Below, piece by piece: positions 41,641 through 55,300 of a DNA stretch of 64,000 nucleotides; the stretch's first letter is position 1; each line of letters starts with the position of its first letter. Under the pieces are notes generated by a model. That model was not told the DNA's origin. It saw nothing but the letters and a program-made list of their open reading frames with translations, and searched no databases. Source of the DNA: Lytechinus pictus (taxonomy: Eukaryota). The stretch lies in the NCBI RefSeq assembly GCF_037042905.1, contig NC_087252.1, positions 2,232,001 to 2,296,000 of the forward strand, read 5' to 3'. A program made the translations under genes and the position numbers.

Positions 41641-44600
41641 GTATGTAGTGATTTATTTATTTGTAGTATTCTTGGGATGTCTAGTGACCGAGACGTGACT
41701 AGGCTTAACGATGTTACGTATAAGCCGAGAGCAGAAACATTCATATCAAGGTAGTTTGGCCAAAATTACGTTGTCTCGCTCCACCCACACATACATATAA
41801 AGCTTCGTTTGTCAAATTCGAAAGGGGAGGGAGATTTTTTCAAGGTTAATGTATTTACTTGTGCGTCTTTTTTTCGTCTTGTCCTCTAATTTTTATTTCG
41901 CTCCAACTGTCAAAGCATGCACGCTGGAGAATATAAACTAAACAAAAGTTTGGAAATCTGAATTTGATCGATTGTCCTACCATTTTTACTGGATATTAAT
42001 GTACAATTAATTCCAATGAATAGACCATTAAATTATCTTTAAAATGATGCCTTACTTCATTGATATTGTTTTTCCTACAAGATATATAGGGGAGGTACTC
42101 GCATGTGACGTCACAAATGAAAAGACAAAATTCTCGTAACCTAAGTATTATCTTTGATTCATTTTCCTAAAAATCTTCTCCAATATATTTCATGATTTTT
42201 CTGCTAATTTCTACAATAAAGTTTAGGTGACCTCTCCGTTTAAAGTTTACCTGACGCTTTGGTAAATAGAATAGATATAACAGGCATTGTTGTTTCTAGA
42301 GGCTCAAAAGGACCGCAACTCGACTTAACTTTTTACCTACCATTACTACATGCCTTAACCGATATAGTGAAATGAACTGAAACACATAATACTGAAACAA
42401 AAATAGTAGCTTATAAACGTTTCCTGTGTCATTTAGGGATACGTGGTGAGGTTCCTGATGATACTGTCTACACCGAGTTGCACAAAGATGTTAGAATAGG
42501 AGACAGTGCAGTATTGACATGCCATTTTCGAGGTTCACCATTGGCTGTCTATTGGAAGAAAGGTGATAACCCAAGAAGCGCACCAAACCTTGTATCATGG
42601 ATTCCTTCTGATGACGTCACCGGTTTATGTGAAGGTCAAAGACCATGTGAGATCATGGAGATGAATGAAAATCGCTCCTTGGTCATCAAAGAAGTCAGTA
42701 TGGCCGAACAAGGTCGATACATCTGCAGAGTTTCTAACTACAAGGGAATTCTTATACACAACTTCACAGACATCAGACTGTTTTGTAAGTATTTTGATTT
42801 CCGAGCTGATCATGTCCTTTGCGTTTTACTGCGTAACATCTCAGATTTAAACATTTTATTTTAAAGTGCTTTCATATAAGAGTAAACAGTCCGAATTCAG
42901 AACACTTAGACCTCCACCAAGAGCTAAACAGTAAGGTGGGGGGGGGGGGCGGGTGTTACTCAAGGCTGGAAATAAAATGATTTGACCAGATACAGTTTAA
43001 TAAGAAAAATGGGTCAGAAAGGTTTATTATTGTTGTTTGGTTATTTGTATGAAACAGCCCTATGCATGTTTTTGAAGTAATTTTCATTCAATTTGTATCC
43101 TGCAACAATGTGAGTATAGGATTGACTATACTGATTTAACATGTTTAACATGTAAGATAATTATTGCTGCAATTCAGTTTGTTGCATGGGAGATATATCA
43201 TATACACGTGTATGAAAATATGAAGTAATCAACATTCCATGCGGCAACCCGGGAGACAGTAAAAGTTTAAAGGGGAATAAGCGTCATGAGCGTTTTTATT
43301 GCATCTCCATGACAGCGTGAATATAACGGTTTTAACGAAATATTGCTAACCCTTAAGATTCAATGACTCTGCTATTAGTTTTCACCAGAATCATTTTATG
43401 TTGGTATAGCAGAGCAATTATTGATAATTTACAATCTATTATATTGTAGCTCCTCCTATAGAACCCTACCCAATCATCAACCAGTGTCAGAGAAAGGAAG
43501 GTTCTTTGAATTCTACTTCTCCAAAGGGTTGTAGGATTTCAACCAACGCCACGATTGTAACCATCACCTGCTCGGCCTTCGGATTCTACCCAGATATAAA
43601 TCTCTTCTTCCTTCATGGGTTTTCAAAGGTGACCAATTTTAAGAGTATTGAGTGGGAAAATAAAGACGGTTCTAAGAACAAAACCATATTGATTGAAGCT
43701 ACAGTCAGTGACAGGCCATATGTATGTATTGCGTCAGATATACCCGGTTCAAAAGAGGAGAGAGCGGGGGAGATATTCATAGATCCATTCCGTTCAGATG
43801 AGACAACCTCAGCCAATCCCGAGAAGGATGATGGAAGTAGTGGCACAAATCCAGCGAAGATTGGTAAGCAAGCATTAATTAATTGGTAAAGAAATGCATT
43901 TTCATGTTTTTATTCATTATAGAAACGTTGCATTTGATTTTAGCAATGATTTTTCCCCATTCAAATTATAACTTTTTCAAATCCCCCTAATGTGATACAA
44001 ACTCAGGCACTGACGTTTAAAATGAGATAATATTATTATAACATCAACAAAAACTTTGCTCTCACAATCTCTGAAATCGATGGTTAGCGGGTTCCAACTG
44101 CTAATTGCAGGTGTTAGAAAACATGGCCAGTAGAGTTTGAATCTGATTAAAATGTTTCAAGTTTTTAAAGTTTGCTTTATTTTATTTCGGCTCAACTCAA
44201 TCATACAAGATAGGAAACTATCACAAAGATGTAACATGATTACCTTGAAAATAAAAAACAAGTGAATTTACATGTACATTGAATCAATGCGACTACACAA
44301 GATAAATAAGTGTTTATGGTAAACACTAAACAATATGATAAACACATAAATTAACAATGATATATATACATGTACATTGGAAATAAAACTAAATGTAGAT
44401 AATTCTGAATAAAAAACCGAACATGTTAAAAAAAACACCGAATCATTGCACTGAATCTATGACGGTTGTAGGTAGACCCGATGTCAACTCTCTAAATGCA
44501 AAGGAGCTAATCTGGTCGCTAATCACAATCCTCTCAGGGTGACTTTCTCTCTCTTTCTCTCTCTCTCACCCCACTCTATTTACTCGGTATCTACCCATTT

Positions 44601-47600
44601 TCTCTCTAATGCTCTCCCTCTCCCTTTCTCTCTCTCCCTCTTTTCTTCTCAGAAACAGCTGTGGGTGTTGATGGTTATTAAATAATCTCTGATGGAGGGG
44701 TCTTACATGTGAACCTCTCTTTCTTTTGAAATCTTTTGAAGTATGAACTCTTTGTGTGAGTGCCTTTTTGTGTTTTGGTGTCTGTTTAATATGTGTATAA
44801 GCCATGTGTGTTTGTATGGTAGATCAACTCTGAGAAGTATCATAACAGATTCAGATATGTACAAAATATTTAATGTGTCATCGATTTTCTTTAATGATTG
44901 CTAGTGGATACCATTGTTGAAGAAGATGTAAACATAATATTAAGAAGTTGTGATTATATTGATTGTGAGGTATTTGATCAGAATAAAGAGGGAAATTTTG
45001 ATCTTATGCATTTGAATGCCAGAAGTTTATGTAAAAATTATGATGATCTGTTACATTTACTGTCATGCTTAAAACATGATTTCTCAGTAATAGGTGTTAC
45101 CGAAACTTGGTTTAAAGATGCTACTGATATCCGACTGTTTCAGATACCTGGCTATTCTTGTGTTCATAAATGTAGGGCAGGAAAAAACGGGGGTGGGACA
45201 TGCTTGTATGTAAAAGATGACTTAGATTTTGAATTACGTGAAGATTTATCTGGTTCTAAGACAGGGTATGAAGTAGTCTTTGTTGAAACAACAATGCACT
45301 CTAAAAAGGTTATTATTGGTTGTGTATATAGGGCACCAAACTATGATAGTATGTCTTTTATTGAGGATTTTGAACATCAGCTACAGGTTGTGAGTAGAGA
45401 GAACAAGGAGATCTATTTGATGGGTGATTTTAACATAAATCTATTGAATTATGATAATGATCAATGTGTTAAAAGTTTTGTTGATTTTATGTACTCCTTT
45501 GGAATGTTCTCTCTTATCACAAAACCTACTCGTGTAACAGAAAACAGTGCAACCCTGATAGATACTATTTTCACTAATTGCATTAAAAATGAGTTTTGCT
45601 CTGGTGTAATTTACTCAGATATTTCAGATCATATGCCCATATTTTGTGTAAGAAAGAATTCCTTAGTAACTCCTATTAAGAAAGGTGAGAAAGATATGAA
45701 ACGGCTTATTAATGATGAAAGAATATCAAGGTTCAAACACCACTTAGCAGAAATTGATTGGCAGGCTCTTCCCTCAGTGGAAGGCGTTAATGATTTTTAC
45801 GAAGCTTTTCTACAAAGGTTTCTCGGCCTATACAACTTTTGTTTTCCACTAGTTAAGGTAGCAACTAGAAAAAAATGTAAGAAGCCCTGGGTAACTCATA
45901 GTTTACTTAAGTCGATAAATCGTAAACACAAGCTTTATAGTACTTACATCAAGAGACCTACAGCTGAAAGTAAAAAGAAGTATATTGATTATAAGAATGT
46001 ATTGATTAATGTTCTTCGCTCAGCCAAGAAAGATTATTACAATGATTTGTTCAACGATGTTAAAGGTGATATCAGGAAGACTTGGACTCACATTAATGAA
46101 TTGCTTGGCCGTTCAAATAGGCATTCTATTCCACAAGAGATGAATTTTAATGGTATACTTTTATCATCGGCCAAGGATAAGGCTGAAAGCTTTAACAAAT
46201 ATTTCATTGGATTGCCCCAGAAAATATCTACAGAAATTCCTCACGTACCACAATCTCCTCGTGACTATATGAAACGATGTAAAGATAATGCTTCTCTGTT
46301 TTTAAACCCTGCTACAAAAGCTGAGATAATTAATATTGTATCGTCTTTAAAACCTTCTAAATCGAGTGGTTCTGATGATATTTCACCTCGAATTGTAAAG
46401 GAGAGTATTCACATTTTTGTTGAACCTTTATGTAAAATCATTAATATGTCATTATCTCAGGGGGTCGTTCCAGATAAACTAAAGGTAGCTAAAGTTGTGC
46501 CAGTGTATAAAAAATCTGATCGTAAGAATGTCGTAAATTATAGGCCGATAGCATTGTTACCAATATTTTCAAAGATTCTCGAGAAAATAATTTATAAACG
46601 TTTAAATGAGTTTTTATCTAAAAAGAACATATTGATTCCTCAGCAGTGCGGATTTCGTAGAAACTTCTCCACACAAATGGGTGTTTTTAACTTATTGAGT
46701 AATATCATAAAGGCTATTGATGAAAACAAATATTGTCTGGGGATATTTTTAGATCTGTCAAAGGCATTTGATACCATTGACCATGATATCCTTCTCAAGA
46801 AACTTGAACACTATGGAATTCGTGGTGTAGCATTGTCATGGTTCCGAAGCTATTTGTGTGATAGGACACAATTTGTTATGATAGATAGATCTAGATCCAA
46901 ACATGCTACGATTAACTATGGTGTACCTCAGGGTTCTGTTCTTGGTCCCCTGTTGTTTCTGATCTATATAAACGATATAATACATTCATCAACATTATTC
47001 TCATACTCCCTGTTTGCTGATGATACCAGTCTGATGCTCTCTGATAAGTCAGTAGAAAATTTGTTACTGGTTGCAAATCAAGAAATTAAGAAGCTGTATT
47101 CATGGTTTTGTTGCAATAAGTTATTGTTGAACATTAAAAAAACCAAGTGCATAATTTTCCGCTCTAAGGGTAAAAAGCTTCCAGGGAGTATAACTTGTCT
47201 TCATATAGGGGGTCATGATGTTGAACCAAGTGCAAATATTTTGTTTCTTGGGTTATATATCGATGAGCACCTATCCTGGAAAAATCATCTAGATGCTGTC
47301 TGCACAAAGGTGTCTCGCAGTGTAGGTGTTATTTATAGGTTAAAATCAATTTTACCTGAAATGATACTGATAACAATATACAATAGTATTGTTCTACCTT
47401 ATCTGACATATTGTAATGTTGCCTGGGGAAACACTTTTAAGTCTTATCTTGATAAATTGAGAGTATTGCAGAAAAGGGCGATACGACTTATAACAAATTC
47501 TAATTATATACATCCAAGTACTCCGTTATTTCTTCGTCTGAAAATGCTACCACTTAGTGAACTTGTGTCGTTCAATTGTGCATTGTTCATGTTCAAACTA

Positions 47601-50600
47601 CAATCGATGCCCCAAGAATGTACTTTAAAAAAATTATTTCTTCAGAATTCACAAATACATAGTTATAATACACGTCAAAAGGATCTTATTCGTCAGCCAT
47701 TTGCGAGAACAAATGTCACTCTGACCTCCTTTCATATATCATGTATTAAAGAGTGGAACAATTTACCTGTTGATATAAAAAATAGTAAAACTCTTTTCAT
47801 GATCAAAAGATTATCCAAAACTTACTTTCTTGACAGATTATGATTATTTTCCTTCAATGTGTATTTTAAGTTGATGTATTTGCATTTAACATGTTTAATT
47901 TGATGACCTACTCAGAATTTATGTTTAGTATGTGCATATGTTGGTGAATGTGGTTGTGTGTGGGTGTGTGTGTGTGTGTATATATGTGTGTCTGTAACAG
48001 TTTCCATTCTATTTTTAGCATCTTAACCTTATATATATATTTTTTGTCTCTCCTTTTGTATCTTGTAGATTAGTATATATCCTATGTTGTATGTTAATAA
48101 TCATAAGTATTTCAGGGCCCTACTCACAAGCTTTGCTTTTAAAGGGGTCCTAAAACCAATTCGTCTATGCTATAATCTAATTGATGTATGTTTATGTACT
48201 CATTTAAATTGTATGTATATCCATTTTGATTATGATGTGATGTTTTTGGTTTTGAATAAATAAACTTGAACTTGAAATAAACTCCTATTGGAATTAAATT
48301 TCAATCTCTCAAATGAAAAGCGTAAGAAGATGCACACTTTCTCTCCAAAAAGTAGAAACTCACTCTTGAAAGATTGAAATTTAATTCTATCAGGACTGGT
48401 CCCTCATCTCACTCTAAGAGGAGTGTGATAAGGGACCAGATTAGCTCCACAGCATATAGAGAATACCTTTAAATCTACACGTATAACTCTTTACCGCTTT
48501 GAACGAGCTAGGTCTATGTGTTAGAAAGTATTAAATACGTGTAGGCCTATGTATAAAATAAAATCCTTCAATTGTCTGACTACGAATTCAAATTCTAGGA
48601 GTAAATGATATTCCGACATTCATACATATAACCAAATAAGAGCTGCAATAAAGATATTATAGAGTCTGAAACCCTTTTTCCCCCACAGTGGTACCAATCC
48701 TACTGATACTCGCAGTCGCCACGACAGGCATGGTATTCTTGTGGTGGAGATCAAGGAAACGGCTAGCAAGAAGTCACATAGGTAAGCACTACCATTTATT
48801 CTGCAATAAATGTAATCTCAGTTTTTTTATTACCACACTCTTTTAGTAGTCACGACTGTCATACGGATGGGAGGAAGGGATTATGGCTTCCAAAATGCTC
48901 ACTAACTTAGGGGGGGGGGGAGGAAAGAAATGAAAGGAAATGGGGAAATATGATTTAATCTGTTGAATATTATGTCAAAATCTATAACAAAATTCAATTT
49001 CCATATAAAAGAGGCAATATTTCGCTTGCTCTTTTCACTCGCTCGCGACGTCTTAGAAAATGTCCAATATTTGGTGTATGATTAATACTGAATACTGACG
49101 GACCAGACTCTCCCATTAATACCATACTATATATTGAAATTAATTGTATTAGCTGAAATGGATTCCATTCATCCATTACAATCTAATGGCCAATGATAAT
49201 TTGTAGCAGTCTGAATAAATAAATTTGCCATTTTACACTGTAGGTAAACGTGATGTCGAGGAGGCAGAGCTATTAATGCAAAAACTGAAGGTACAGGGTA
49301 AGTGTTGCACGAAAACACATTCTTTATTTGAAGGAACCTCTTTTAATCACGATTCTACATCACCATTATCGAAATAGATGGCACCACGCCGACGCACTTG
49401 TTGTAAAGCACACATCGTAGTCTAAGAATTCTATAATTTCAAGAGGATACACTCTAAAAACACTGAGTAAAATTTTACCCAAATTGGGTAGAAAGGGAAC
49501 ATGCATTGCGTAAAATTTACATCATATTGGGTATCGTTCTACCCAACCAACATGCATGTTCCCATTTTACCCAATATTGGGTAAACCTTTTTTTAGAGTG
49601 TTTAACATGAAATTGAAAAAAATGTGTTAAATTCACCACAATATTGCTCAAAGGTGACATATCTATCAAAGCTTTCCAAAAGATCAATACTTCTGTATCA
49701 TGAGTTCCGTAATGTATGCGATACAAGAAACGAAAATGCACGTATATGGAATTATTGTATTAAGAAACAAGCGCAGTGTAAATCATAACTAGTTAATGTT
49801 TTGAACTACTATTTTACAAATTTCGTATTGACAGGGGTTGTCTCTTTTTATGAACTGTGGCTACTGGCTTATGACACTCCGAATGATGAGATGGCAAATG
49901 TATACGCTGCTCTTGTTAAGCTTGGTATTACCAATATCAAGGGACAAATGGGTAGAAGACTTGTGTATGATACTCTTTGTAAATGGAAAGAGAGATCATA
50001 TGCACCTGACCAACCACAGATGTTAAGAGATGCCTTAGAGGAAGTGGGCCTTGATGGTACATGGCAAGTTATTTATGGTATGTATTTTCATTTCTTCCAT
50101 TCAATATTAACAAACATAGTTCTTATTCCTATTTACTTGCCATTTTTCTTTGGGTTTTACACCATAGCATGAATGGGGTTTCCAAAGTTTCCCTTTACTT
50201 CTACACATTCTCCGAGAATTACCATTTTAACACCATTATTTAGACATTATTAACACATGTTCTTTCATGGTTCCTTTCCTACTTTTTTCACAACACAGAA
50301 CAAGTGCGACAGGTCAATTATTCTACCAAAGTACCTGAAGGAACATTCGAACAAATCCTGCTTGACCTAAAAGAAAAAAAAGGAATAAATAAATTCCTAA
50401 ATAACTTGTTTCCACGAGAAAATATAGTCACAGAAATTGAGACAATCAATGACTCCAATCACTCTGAAGAGGGCAATAAGAACGTGGAAAACTCAGCTCC
50501 CGCCAAAGAAGTCAGTGACACCCATGACGGTCAAGAAAAGAAGAAAAACACAGCTCCGGCCAAAGCAATCAGTGCTACCCATGACGGTCCAGAAAACAAG

Positions 50601-52301
50601 GAAAACACAGCTCCGGCCAAAGCAATCAGTGACACCCATGACGGTCCAGAAAAGAAGGAAAACACTGCTCCCGCCAAAGAAGTCAGTGACACCCATGACG
50701 GTCCAGTAAACAAGGAAAACACAGCTCCGGCCAAAGCAATCAGTGACACCCATGACGGTCAAGAGAACAAGGAAAACACAGCTCCGGCCAAAGCAATCAG
50801 TAACACCCATGACAGTCAAGAGAACAAGGAAAACACAGCTCCCGCCAAAGCAATCAGTGCTACCCACGACGATCAAGAAAACAGAGAAAACACAGCTCCC
50901 GCCAAAGCAATCAGTGACACCCATGACCTTCAAGAGAACAAGGAAAACACAGCTCCCTCCAAAGCAATCAGTGACACGCATGACGGTAAAGAAAACAAGG
51001 AAAACATAGCTCCCGCCAAAGAAGTCAGTGATATCCATGACGTTGACCAGAACAAGGAAAAGTCAGCTTCCGGCATGCGAAAGTTAAAGGAATGGAATAA
51101 AGGTCCTTTCAAACAGAATCCGTTTGTTCTAGTCAGTCTTGCTCTGGAGAGAGCAGGTTATCTCCATATCTCCCAGACCTTCTTTGACGGTGGGTATCTT
51201 TCTATTCGGCATAACTGATACACCAAAACGGTTTACTGACATCATTGTGATTGATGTGATGACTTGAGAATGAGTTTTCACAATTATGGTACTTCACTTT
51301 AATAAGTTGGTTAGTTTACACCTGCGGTCCTTTAAAAAAAACCCTCAAAAATAGTACTTTGTGATTGGGGAAAAAGAAAAACTTAAGCCACGTAACAAAA
51401 AGGTTAGCGATGAATCGCTAATTTAAATGTACAATTTCAATTTGTTCCTCGTCAGTCTAATCAGTAAAATGTGCATGCAACGATGATCTTGATAGGCCGT
51501 TTCACAATTCATTGCTAATCTTTGTGTTACGGGGCCAAGGTTTATCTTCATCAATAACGTCTCATTATTTTCATGACTACAGTATTAGTGTTTGCATTTT
51601 TATGCCATTTTACTACCAGAAAAGATTTACGGTATCTGATGATTTTACGGGAGCATCAAAATATGGCGGGATATATTGACTGGACGGTACAGCAGTATAA
51701 CACCTTGTGAAGATTTGAAAAGTGCGATGCTACCTAATGGTCAGAAGAAAGCTATATAATCTATCGTTTTAATAATTCTCTACGAGTCCTGTTGTATATA
51801 TGCATTTGTGATGAGTAAACAAGGTAAAATGTATTTAATTACGTTTGTCATTATTCGACGGTGAATTACGCACCCTAGACATATAAATAGATGTATATTT
51901 CATTTTGTTATTTTTTGTTAAATGTATTGACAAATCTACAAAAGAGGCGCAGATATTAACAATAGTCCAAAACATTCCCTTGCAGGCCCTGTATCATTTT
52001 ACGAGCTTAGATCATTGATGTACGACGTAAATACACCTAGCCTAGAAAAGTTAAGAAAAACAATTTGCGAGCTAGGAATCGACGAGACAAGTGCAAATAA
52101 CTTTGGTCCACAACAAATCTACGACTATCTGTGTCAGTGGAAAGATGGACACCCCCAGGTAGATCAAGGAAAACTATTACATGACGCGCTTTTAAGAGCC
52201 GGTCATGAGGAAGCCTGGTCGAAAGTCTTAGGTAAGTAATGTAGCAATATTTCGTTTTAAATAATTGAACGTTACATGAGCTCGAAAATCTCATATGCCT
52301 A

Positions 52302-52354
<53 letters not shown>

Positions 52355-55300
52355 TAATTATTATTATTATTATTATTATATACCTAAATATGTCTTTTAC
52401 AATTGCATAAGACACCAGTTTAGTATGCTGCTCTTACCATATGAAAACTTGAAAACGCAATGCTGACCAAAATACTCCATCATCAGAGAAGGTTTCATTA
52501 CTAAAATTCCATCTACTCCCCCTCAAAAAGAAGAAAATGAAATACATGAAGAAAACAAAACAGGCAAATATAATGCAAATACAACAAGTTTTGATCATGA
52601 TCCAGGTGCCGTTTTAACGAACGAAACACTTTAATACGCCATTAGGTTACAACTGACCTTCTAGCATGTTAATAACGGTGGTTGTCATTACTTGCACGCT
52701 GTACATGCTGTAAGCAATCTTTAACATTTGCACAACGCATTTTACCATTACAAAATGCACCCCGGAATACACCAGACGGTACCCTGTACTCTTTCTAGAA
52801 GAATAAGAAGTAATAATAAAAATGATGATAATAATAAAAAACGTATTATTACTTCCATACAAAATGACGATCTACATAAAGGTATAAATTATGTTGTTTC
52901 CCAAATAGAGATTTCGTTTTGTTACAAATATATAAAACAAAAAGTTAATTTACTATGTGTTGAACCTTCCCCCTAAAGAACAAAGGAAGGAAAGATCAGA
53001 TGTATCTGAAAGTACGTTCAAGAAGATACTCTGTAATGTCACAGCCCCAGCAGTGATACAGCAGCTCCTGAAAAGGCTAGACCCAGACATAGCTGGAGAT
53101 TTGGATACCTCACTGGAGACAGATGTTACGCCAAAAGCCTTGGAAGCAATGAAGGAATGGAATGAAAGACCTCTCAATGAAAATAGAATGATCGTGTTAA
53201 GCCGTGCCTTGGAGAAAGCTAAATGCAGGCCGATTAACAGGACTGTTCTCTACGGTAAGAGGTGGAGTGAATTTTCTTACACCCATTTTATTTTCGTCTC
53301 GCCGGCATAGCAGGTCGAGACATAGGCGCCGCTTTTCCGACGACGGCGGCGGCGTCGTCGACATTCAAATCTTAACCTGACGTTTTTTAAATGTCATCTT
53401 AAATTAAAAGGTATATGGACCCATTTCATGAAACATAAACGTAATGGTAATCAAGTATTACTGCACAACCTGCTTAGCTTTCAGGGAACATGATCAATGT
53501 CAAAGGACATTTAGGGTCAATGGACCATAAATGACATTTGACCATGTTTGGGTATTTGTTGAATAACCATAACTTTGAAGGTCACAAGGTATGGATCTAG
53601 TTCATGACAATTGGCCATACATGTAAGAGTAATAAAATATCCCTGAAAACCCTGTGCGAGTTTCAGGTCAGATGACGAATGTTAAATTATTGTTAATGGT
53701 CAATGAACTTAAATTATATGGGAGGAATCAAATACAAAACTTAACAGAGGTTAATTTTTTTTAAATGTCATAACTTTGAAAATAAATGAATGTAGTACCT
53801 GAACTTTGGACACTAGACCAATCAACTATCAGCAAATACCCTGCATGTGTTTCAGGTCACATGACCAAGATCAAAGGTCATTTAGGGTCAGTGAACTTAG
53901 ACCATGTTGGGAAAATATTACAATTTTAACCTAAGGTCAAGTTTTTGAAATGTCTTAACAGAAGGGTATACATTCTTTATGAAACTTTGGCATAACTGCA
54001 ATCAAGCATTACTAAAAATCCTGCCCAAATCTTAGGTCTCATAGTCAAGGTCAAAAGTCATTAAGGGTCAATAAACATAGCATTTTGATTATCATATGAA
54101 TGGTGTTTTGTGAATATGTCGTTTCCAGAGTCAGCACTGCTTTTATTTTGAATTCCCGAATACAGTCAAGACTGCCTTAGGCGTTCCACTTGTTTTAATA
54201 AGGATGGCCTTATACAGTTTACAATTAGTAATTTAGCTTATCATGTACGATATTTTTTTCTTGATAAATGGAATAACGTCCTTACACCACCTGGAGACTG
54301 GCAAATGATAAATATGAACATTCATCATTTCATCAATTTCAAAGATTTTTTTTATATATTACATTTTACATTGCACATTCGTTGATATAGATAAAAAACT
54401 AAGATCTAAAATGGTTAATCCCTGAAATTAATATTTTAACTTTCTCCAAATCAGAAACTATGTCATATTTTGAGCTGTGGTCAATGGTTCATTTCGACTT
54501 TGATACTAATGTGATAACGTTACCATTACGTGATGCTTTGAAGGCGATGGGAGTACTAGGTATAGATGAGACAATAAGTCGGCATGAGGTTTATCATCTT
54601 CTTTGTAAATGGAAGGAAGAACACTCTTATTGCGACCAACGTCTGGTGTTCAAAGTTCACTTGCTTAACGAAGGACTTCACAAAGAATGGGAAAATTTCA
54701 GTGGTAAGTGAAATGGATTTATTTCAATTCTAATGAAGAAAACATAAATATTTTTTATACAGTCTTTAAAGGAATTTATTCTAATAACGGCAGGGAGGAG
54801 GGTGGGAGGTACGAAAGATAAGAAATTATAGGTGTAAAGTTAATTTTCCCACCGCGCACATCGTCGGTGCTCTAATTAGTAATAGACACCTGGGGGGCGT
54901 TTCATCAATATTTTCGTCCGACAAGTTGTCAGATCTGACAACTTTCCTGGATTCTGATTGGTTGAGAAGCACTGTTACTATAGTAACTGTCGGATGAAAT
55001 AGGACTTGTCGGATAAAACGTCCGACAAGTCCTTTCATGAAACGCTCCCCAGGTCTTAGTGGAATTTGCGTAACGCGCGCGTGTGTTTATGGTGATTATG
55101 TGGAAGGTTCCATGACATTTGTTCAGGCGACAATTTCTCTGTTCTATATTCCCCACACTATTCAAATGACGAACTTTTACTCTATGTTTAACACTTTATC
55201 CTACCCTAACCCTAAACATAACATAAAACCATATTGCAACCCTAACCCTACATCTTTGACGAAATTAATGTAAAGCATTGAGCAATTGTCCCATAAACAA

